A DNA stretch of 32,000 nucleotides, taken from the NCBI RefSeq assembly GCF_025273655.1, contig NZ_CP045921.1:1-32000 (forward strand), written 5' to 3'. This document shows positions 18,101-23,042 of this stretch, piece by piece; the first letter of the stretch is position 1; each line of letters begins with the position of its first letter. The stretch comes from Candidatus Saccharimonadota bacterium (GTDB lineage Bacteria > Patescibacteriota > Saccharimonadia > Saccharimonadales > Saccharimonadaceae). Both the position numbers and the translations under genes were made by a program. The notes under the pieces are model-generated. The model ran no database searches and was not told the origin of the DNA. It saw nothing but the letters and a program-made list of their open reading frames with translations.

Positions 18101-18368
18101 CGCTACTAGCGGAATCTTTTGCCTCATCTTTTTTCTTGCCGGTGGATTTTGCGGATGGCTGAGGATCTTCGTCTTTATCGGAAGAATCGTCTTTTTTGGT
18201 CGACTGATCTGGCAAGTCCGAGTCAACTGAATTTTTCTCTGCTTGTGATAGCTGCTTAGCCGCCTGATACACTCCTATGGCAGAATTAACTTTATCCTGA
18301 AAGGTTTTCTCTGCAGGATTAAGTTCCTCTTGCTCTTCTTCTGGTGGTATATCAAGTAGCGTCGCCAT
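15189..18368 (-). CDS. Large membrane-anchored protein, paralog of the 978-aa protein, with C-terminal LAS-type Peptidase_M15/VanY-like domain (1059 aa)
   Basis: ATG 18368 lies 3 nt after the VirB4 stop. Acidic/Lys-rich N-terminus, Gly run GAGGGVGGGGKG, TM IATIGAIIAIFGLIVIVFLSS. Central region collinear with 6348-9284. C-terminal WHPKGSAVD (HxxGxAxD) and NHMHVGV (HxH). Confidence 0.7.
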   Translation of the reverse strand: MATLLDIPPEEEQEELNPAEKTFQDKVNSAIGVYQAAKQLSQAEKNSVDSDLPDQSTKKDDSSDKDEDPQPSAKSTGKKKDEAKDSASSDLTPKARDGEQNPMGAGGGVGGGGKGQLKGVKASGPIATIGAIIAIFGLIVIVFLSSPATLFAAIKANLTNARDTSAPAMNSRFLTVFSSMMPDKNNPDKAKKACEKPQSKMCRAVTAPEKLVKDLRKAGIKVELGDDVGDRKTIKSITVTDSSGKEHKVDSKTSTITALKSIPAFRAAINRAYDVTKKPFLSSRFKELLSTRWGITKGPGLEGKDKKELDKSFRQSMKLEGDPANGDSSKVRENREKQTSKLREKAGKLTSLGSSVVSLACTTYTTANAVVIGAKMLQIAMLVRFFMSFAVEFDKVIAGESDQQITDYIGGRLNYSETNPTSGGKPNRFYQTTFSDGEGMKMLLHGDLVELSTYALGYRIGGAAIASVSNVLSSFETSVGSPLISTGVAPFLSTLTGRDTSTSKKAGKALIKSMCSLINGQVAQTLGDAAMCAQLFGATGPGVLACIAAMPVIAAAIGALLAPIIGKFVEHLIDWLSKMPVDEETKGIDAGNALAAGVGLLMQNTALTNGLVFANAASYKGFLADTADDMSSYRLAEQYDAQATPFDATNQYSFLGSITHNLYNSGALTSSRNPASLLPNMLSSLSLAAKTVGSLGMTHAAQGTFNEMRQYDENEDSCPDPAVRTSVDSDPTHTFAGDAFCVSPTYMETEALTADATGDDSHPGVIKYMEDEGFINKDTGEIESSDKAKIYKKYNKYCVTRSAPAGVEDPGGSEDGSIAKNAVSEEGEESGEVPAEDESWATADWCTYPSDQAGTTATMLAMFHAYRADENIRDGVADEGEQKAEEATGEIGDDAKAAAQALLDSPNVKFQLPEQRGYMEQTAKDGTQTLDCGGKANMNGKLLGMLVEASKKYKITIGAQASGHECDGGWHPKGSAVDLNGVAHLDQPQQMRIDWTAADKPIVKEFYEYLDNLAGTAGVKLELGQKQCFSKPPSAPSPSLKNSELVTDVCNHMHVGVEQ

Positions 18369-18371
18369 AGG

Positions 18372-20216
18372 TTATTGGGTTTGACCAGGTTGCTGTTGTT
18401 GCTGCTGCTGCTTGAGCTGTTCTACGGGGTTTGTACTGACGAGCTGTGTTTCTGTCTGGCTAGCGATAACTTGAATATGAACGTGATTTTGGCCGGCAAA
18501 GAAGAGCCCTTGACCCACTGGGAAGTTAGAGAGACGCTTCATTTCCTCTTCGGTGAGCTTGAACACGTTACTGAGTACATCCACTGCACTGGCTGACTGT
18601 TTGAGAAGCAGCTGCATAGATGAGTTTGCCACGATAGCACGACCCATCTTACTGCCCATAAAGTCTTCGACGTCCTGGGTGATAGTGGTGATGCCAAGGT
18701 AATATTTACGTGCACGTTTAGCAAGACTAAAGAGGAAGTTGGCGGAATCCTCGTATTTCATGAGCTGCCACGCCTCGTCCACGATTAACATGCGTTTTTT
18801 GCGTTGCGACCTGGTGATATTCCAGATATGGCTCAGGACGATATACATTGCCACCGGACGTAGCTCATCTTCCAAGTCGCGAATATTAAACACTACCATC
18901 GCATTGTTGATCTCTATATTGCTTTGCTGACTGAAGATACCTGCAAAGGTACCAGAGGTATATTTGCGTAGGCGCTGCGCAAGTTTTGGACCAGAACCCC
19001 CCATGTGGAGTAGTGTATCGTAGAGATCAGCCATGGTTGGCGGCATGCTGTTGTGTGTAAGTGGATCGCTTGTGATGCCTAAGCGCGCATAAGTGTCGAT
19101 TAATGCTTGATCTAGATCAGCCTCTTCTTCAGGGCTGAGGGTGACATTGGTATTTGTAGCGGTGGCTCCACCAAGCATGAGGCGCAGAAGACCATGAAGT
19201 GTTACTAAGTTGGCTCGCAGTGCATCATCAGCCTCGTCGGTGTCGATTACTTTCGGTAAGTCGAATGGATTGATGCGTACGTCAGAATTGAGACTGAGAC
19301 GAATATAGCTACCACCCACTGCATCACTAAGGCGTTGGTACTCATTCTCTGGGTCTATAATAAGTACATCCGCGCCTGTCATCATGGAGCGAACAGCTTC
19401 AAGTTTGACGGTGAATGACTTACCAGCACCAGACTTTGCGAAGACTACCATGTTTGCATTTTCGAGTGTAAAACGGTCAAAAATCACAAGGCCGTTGTTA
19501 TGCATGTTGATACCGTAGAGAATGCCTTTTTCCTGCGTGAGGTCGGCCGAAGTGAACGGGAATGACGTTGAGATCGCACCTGTATTCATATTTCGGCGAA
19601 TTTGTAGCTGGTCCATGAGCTGCGGAACGGTACTGTTGAGCCCCTGCTCCTGCTGACTACTTGCTACTTTACTAAACACCAATTGCTGACCAAAAAGTGT
19701 TTCTACCTTGTTCTGTACAAAAGTGAGATCATCCATACTGTTGGCATAGAGAGTTATATAGAGGCCGTAACGGAAAAATTTCTCACTTCCCACTTGGAGT
19801 TCATCACGTAGTTCTTCAGCATCTTGCAGAGCTGCTTCGAGGCCAGGGTCTCGCGTCTTGCCCTTTTCTTGGTTGATAGACATGCTCGCTTCAAGTTGAG
19901 TTACTTTTTTGCGCAGGTTTTGCATGACGATCTGCGTATCAACTGGATAGAGGAACATACTAACATCGAGCACTTCATCCATGTTGATGATGCTACTGAG
20001 CCAACCGGTGTAGATCTGGCGGGGATATCCATATATATAGAGTGTGCGGCCGTATTTGGTACCAAGACGGAAGTGGTCGGCGTGGAACTCCAGACTGCTT
20101 GGTGCAATGAGATCGCGCAGTGTATTGACGCCTTTGAGAAACGCCTGCTCGACCTCAGCTTGCTCGCGCGCACGTTGTTCGGCAGCTATATCAACTGCGT
20201 CTTTTTTCTTTGCCAT
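18372..20216 (-). CDS. virB4: T4SS VirB4-family ATPase, Gram-positive PrgJ/TcpF/ConE class (614 aa; appears to lack the extreme N-terminal domain)
   Basis: Walker A FAKSGAGKSFT and Walker B RMLIVDEAWQLM. YPRQIYTGWLSSI segment typical of this class. GGGAGAGGGGA SD. ATG overlaps the TAA of the upstream ORF (TAATG at 20214-20218). Poly-Gln C-terminus QQQQQQQPGQTQ (codons 18390-18410). Confidence 0.9.
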   Translation of the reverse strand: MAKKKDAVDIAAEQRAREQAEVEQAFLKGVNTLRDLIAPSSLEFHADHFRLGTKYGRTLYIYGYPRQIYTGWLSSIINMDEVLDVSMFLYPVDTQIVMQNLRKKVTQLEASMSINQEKGKTRDPGLEAALQDAEELRDELQVGSEKFFRYGLYITLYANSMDDLTFVQNKVETLFGQQLVFSKVASSQQEQGLNSTVPQLMDQLQIRRNMNTGAISTSFPFTSADLTQEKGILYGINMHNNGLVIFDRFTLENANMVVFAKSGAGKSFTVKLEAVRSMMTGADVLIIDPENEYQRLSDAVGGSYIRLSLNSDVRINPFDLPKVIDTDEADDALRANLVTLHGLLRLMLGGATATNTNVTLSPEEEADLDQALIDTYARLGITSDPLTHNSMPPTMADLYDTLLHMGGSGPKLAQRLRKYTSGTFAGIFSQQSNIEINNAMVVFNIRDLEDELRPVAMYIVLSHIWNITRSQRKKRMLIVDEAWQLMKYEDSANFLFSLAKRARKYYLGITTITQDVEDFMGSKMGRAIVANSSMQLLLKQSASAVDVLSNVFKLTEEEMKRLSNFPVGQGLFFAGQNHVHIQVIASQTETQLVSTNPVEQLKQQQQQQQPGQTQ

Positions 20217-21304
20217 TAGACGATCCCCTCTCCCATACTCGGCCGTGGTGCCTCTCCTTGCCCCTTGCGAACATACGTAAAGGTATTATTCTGGAAATTA
20301 CCAAGAGGTTCACGTACCGCAGTGTCCGGGTTGTAATAGTTGTAGTATAACTCACCGAGTTCCTTGGTGGTGAGCTGCGTACAATGGACACCCATTTGGA
20401 ACAGGCCGCTTGTCACGGAATCCACGCGGTTTTTGATCTCATCACGAGCCTTTTCGTACGTAATTTTATCGATCTTGGTAACATTTGGTGTGCCACCGCC
20501 GCTTGGGCCGAACATCTTGGCGAAGAAACCCTTACCTGCGTCTTTGATATTACTCAAATCACCTGTTGGCGAAAACGGCACGACTACATAAAAGCTCTTG
20601 TCCATGATATTCGCTTCTTCCGAGAGAATCTCGATAAACTCTATGTAGTCATCCATAAGTACACCAAGGAGCATATTGTCCTGTGTTTTACGAATCTTTA
20701 CTAGTCGGTCTAGATAAGGGCCAATATCAACACGCTGTGAGCGAATGAGAATCTGGACTGGATGTGTCAGTGAATTGATGAAGTTCTGGTAGCTAAATTC
20801 TACCCCTTCGCGTTCACGGGAACTCATGAGGTCGAAGTTGATAGACTTACAAGCGATCACCGCACGAAAACTACCATCGGCCATGATAACCATGTTGTCG
20901 CGAATTTCAGAGAAAAGGAGAGTATTTTGGGTAGTATTTTTAGGCCTCGGAGCGGGTGTTTGAGACTGTTGTTTGCCACTTGCCGGCGCTACTGCGGCAT
21001 CGGGTATGATCGTTGGTGCGGCGACAGGCGTAGGTGCAGGTACGGGCTGGCTATACGCTGGCACCTGTTGCTGCACGCCCGGCATTTGCTGGGGGTAGCC
21101 GGGAACTACTGGGCTTGGCTGTTGCGCTACGCCAGGTTGCTGTGGGTAATATTGTGGCGTAGCAGCAGGTACGGGTTGGCTATACGCTGGCACCTGTTGC
21201 TGCACGCCCGGCATTTGCTGGGGGTAGCCGGGTTGACCGGGTTGTGCACCAGGGTAACCTGGTGAATCCGGTCCTACAGGATACTGCTGATTTTGTGGCT
21301 GCAC
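20216..21304 (-). CDS. Pro/Gln-rich protein whose C-terminal ~230 aa resemble the N-terminal domain of long VirB4/ConE-type ATPases (362 aa)
   Basis: GTG 21304 with GAGGAGGG 6 nt upstream. The first ~130 aa are P/Q-rich with a 43-aa duplication. The rest (LLFSEIRDNMVIMADGSFRAVIACKSINFDLMSSREREGVEFSYQNFINSLTHPVQILIRSQRVDIGPYL) matches my recollection of the first domain of Tn916 Orf16/ConE-like VirB4 proteins. Confidence 0.6.
   Translation of the reverse strand: MQPQNQQYPVGPDSPGYPGAQPGQPGYPQQMPGVQQQVPAYSQPVPAATPQYYPQQPGVAQQPSPVVPGYPQQMPGVQQQVPAYSQPVPAPTPVAAPTIIPDAAVAPASGKQQSQTPAPRPKNTTQNTLLFSEIRDNMVIMADGSFRAVIACKSINFDLMSSREREGVEFSYQNFINSLTHPVQILIRSQRVDIGPYLDRLVKIRKTQDNMLLGVLMDDYIEFIEILSEEANIMDKSFYVVVPFSPTGDLSNIKDAGKGFFAKMFGPSGGGTPNVTKIDKITYEKARDEIKNRVDSVTSGLFQMGVHCTQLTTKELGELYYNYYNPDTAVREPLGNFQNNTFTYVRKGQGEAPRPSMGEGIV
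21037..21232 (-). repeat. In-frame 129-bp-period duplication inside the P/Q-rich coding region
   Basis: A 67-bp segment CAGGTACGGG(C/T)TGGCTATACGCTGGCACCTGTTGCTGCACGCCCGGCATTTGCTGGGGGTAGCCGGG occurs at 21037-21103 and 21166-21232 with one mismatch. The offset is 129 bp, or 43 codons, and encodes PGYPQQMPGVQQQVPAYSQPVPA twice. Confidence 0.9.
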
Positions 21305-21332
21305 TCCCTACCCTCCTCAAGGTATTGTTTGT

Positions 21333-22205
21333 TTAGTGTAGTGATATCTCCACTTCCTCGTCCGGTAGGCCATGCTTCTCTTCTATGCGATGAGCAAGCT
21401 TGCCTACCGTGTCCACCGTGAGTTCATCACTATTATCTATGAGCTTGATTATATCAGGAGATGGGGTGTTAGTGCTAGTGCTTTGAGTCGAGGATGTGTC
21501 TGGCGTTTGAGTGGTAGTGGAAGCGGGCTGTACCACGGTCTGATGAATGGGCGGATAAGGATTGTATTGTAACTGAGGAACTGTCTCTGGTGGGGGTGCG
21601 GCCATTTGCTGCTGGAAGTTGGTTCGTACCTGCTCCATACCCTCTTCATCCCTAGTATCAAGTATTTGGTCGATTTTTTGGGCTTCAACAGTAGTGTCAT
21701 CTAAAATATCCTCGGTTGAGATAGCCTCGTTGTAAGAAGCTTCGTTCATCGACGCGATACCTTGTTGCTGTACGCCGACTCCACGTACCGCCCAGCCTTC
21801 AGACTCTACTATATCTGTAAGATAGCCGAGTCGCCGCTTAGCTTCATCTTGAGATATGTCTTTGGTGAGTTCTGGCTCAAGAGTCTTGGGTGCAGTGATC
21901 TCGATCAGAGAATCGAGACCATCCGGTTGCCAAAAGCGTTTGCGAGGTTTTAGAAAATAAAAAGAGATCAGCGCCCCTAGATATGCCTCCATCGGTTGGT
22001 CTTTTTTGAGCGGCAACGCAAGCGCCCCAAAAAAAACAATCACCGGTAGAACTATTACCACCAGACCGACAAAAATCTGTGACAATACATACCCGACTCC
22101 GATCGCCATTGCGACAATGATGAGATAGATAAACTGGCGGAAACTAAACGGCCCAAGGAGCTTATCGTCCGCCTCAACATCCTGGGGTACCTTGTACACT
22201 GCCAT
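21333..22205 (-). CDS. PrgI-family (VirB3-like) T4SS membrane protein (290 aa)
   Basis: N-terminus MAVYKVPQDVEADDKLLGPFSFRQFIYLIIVAMAIGVGYVL, second TM LVVIVLPVIVFFGALAL, then KKDQPMEAYL, which is the PrgI-family pattern. It sits directly upstream of the VirB4 genes. The C-terminal half is acidic, then P/Q/T-rich. Confidence 0.7.
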   Translation of the reverse strand: MAVYKVPQDVEADDKLLGPFSFRQFIYLIIVAMAIGVGYVLSQIFVGLVVIVLPVIVFFGALALPLKKDQPMEAYLGALISFYFLKPRKRFWQPDGLDSLIEITAPKTLEPELTKDISQDEAKRRLGYLTDIVESEGWAVRGVGVQQQGIASMNEASYNEAISTEDILDDTTVEAQKIDQILDTRDEEGMEQVRTNFQQQMAAPPPETVPQLQYNPYPPIHQTVVQPASTTTQTPDTSSTQSTSTNTPSPDIIKLIDNSDELTVDTVGKLAHRIEEKHGLPDEEVEISLH

Positions 22206-22245
22206 ATAGCCCTAGTATATCGCATATGCTCATGCTTCGCGACAC

Positions 22246-22269
22246 AAAAAAACTTCACAAATTGTGAAG
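22246..22269 (-). terminator. Rho-independent terminator candidate between the lipoprotein gene and the PrgI-like gene
   Basis: Minus strand: stem CTTCACA/TGTGAAG (22253-22259 / 22263-22269), 3-nt loop, then T7 (complement of the A-run 22246-22252). Confidence 0.45.
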
Positions 22270-22301
22270 AGGTACGTATACTGGATATCTGTGCTGATGG
22301 C

Positions 22302-22340
22302 CACCCCGCCGGACTAGATATTACTCTAGCCGACGGGGTG
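22302..22340 (-). terminator. GC-rich hairpin without U-tract, 48 nt downstream of the lipoprotein stop codon
   Basis: CACCCCGCCGG (22302-22312) pairs with CCGACGGGGTG (22330-22340) at 10 of 11 positions. Inner CTAGA/TCTAG pairs extend the stem. No T-run follows on the minus strand. Confidence 0.35.
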
Positions 22341-22388
22341 TGATCGTCAAAATGAAATCATTTTAACAATCAACCACCAAGCGGTTGC

Positions 22389-22934
22389 TCACTGCGGGTT
22401 GTAACGCCCGCTGAGGTTGAGCATGTCGGAATCGACAGTGACGGTGCCCGGCAGGCGAGAGCATTCGATAGCGCCGAAACCCTTTCCGTAGAGAAAGCGA
22501 TTCATGGCTTCGAGCTGCATCACCGCACCGGCCTGAGCCACGTCGGTATTTGACGCGCCTCCGCAGATTGCAGAGACTGCAGCTTCTGCGATGGCCTGGG
22601 TCTCCGGGTCGCCGAGTACGCTGCATCCCACACCGTCTGCGTAGTCGACATAGGACTGAACGATGTCACTTTCGACGATCGTACGTGGATTGTCGACTTC
22701 ATCGATGCCGTACGTATTGTACAGCTCGGTGAAATTGGCTGGGCAGGTGTTGGAGTCGGGCAGGTTGCTCGAAACCTTCACGTTGGCCTGTTGGGCTGCG
22801 ACCTTGGCGCCGTTGCCGGCACTTTCGCCGCTGTCGTTTGAAGAGCACCCTGTCAGGAACATTGCAATCCCCGAGAGGAAAGCGATTGCCGTCAGGATGA
22901 TCCCCTTGGACCTTTGCTTGTGTGGTGCGAACAT
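22389..22934 (-). CDS. Lipoprotein, unknown function (181 aa), autonomous cassette inside the T4SS-like locus
   Basis: Preferred ATG 22934 with AAGGAAGGTGAT 4 nt upstream. Signal peptide MFAPHKQRSKGIILTAIAFLSGIAMFLTGC with lipobox LTG-C. The mature part has four Cys residues. The track start 22973 adds 13 aa and cannot be fully excluded. By hand count the coding region is about 59% G+C (lines 22381-22860). Confidence 0.75.
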   Translation of the reverse strand: MFAPHKQRSKGIILTAIAFLSGIAMFLTGCSSNDSGESAGNGAKVAAQQANVKVSSNLPDSNTCPANFTELYNTYGIDEVDNPRTIVESDIVQSYVDYADGVGCSVLGDPETQAIAEAAVSAICGGASNTDVAQAGAVMQLEAMNRFLYGKGFGAIECSRLPGTVTVDSDMLNLSGRYNPQ

Positions 22935-22982
22935 GACAATCACCTTCCTTTCTATTGGGGACGAAGGGGTCATGTACTCGTG

Positions 22983-23011
22983 ATTCTATCACAATTTTAT
23001 ATATATGTCAA
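22983..23011 (-). promoter_or_regulatory. Strong sigma70-like promoter for the lipoprotein gene
   Basis: Minus strand: consensus TTGACA (23011-23006), 17 nt spacer, TAGAAT (22988-22983), with TGA immediately upstream of the -10 (extended -10 TGn). About 45 nt upstream of ATG 22934. Confidence 0.55.
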
Positions 23012-23042
23012 TATTACGCTGTGTATTGTACAATGCTTATGG

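Noticed and set aside
22389-22934. Horizontal acquisition of the lipoprotein gene from a high-G+C (for example actinobacterial host) genome, based on its ~59% G+C and U-tract-less hairpin.
   Set aside because: Composition alone is not diagnostic here, because lines inside the 978-aa hydrolase gene reach 60-65% G+C by the same hand count. A homology search and codon-usage statistics are needed before any claim.
22363-22992. Alternative-frame minus-strand ORFs overlapping the lipoprotein gene (22363-22626, 22520-22702, 22699-22992).
   Set aside because: They are Arg/Pro-rich translations typical of off-frame reading of G+C-rich coding DNA. They have no SD, whereas the chosen frame has an SD, a signal peptide and a lipobox.
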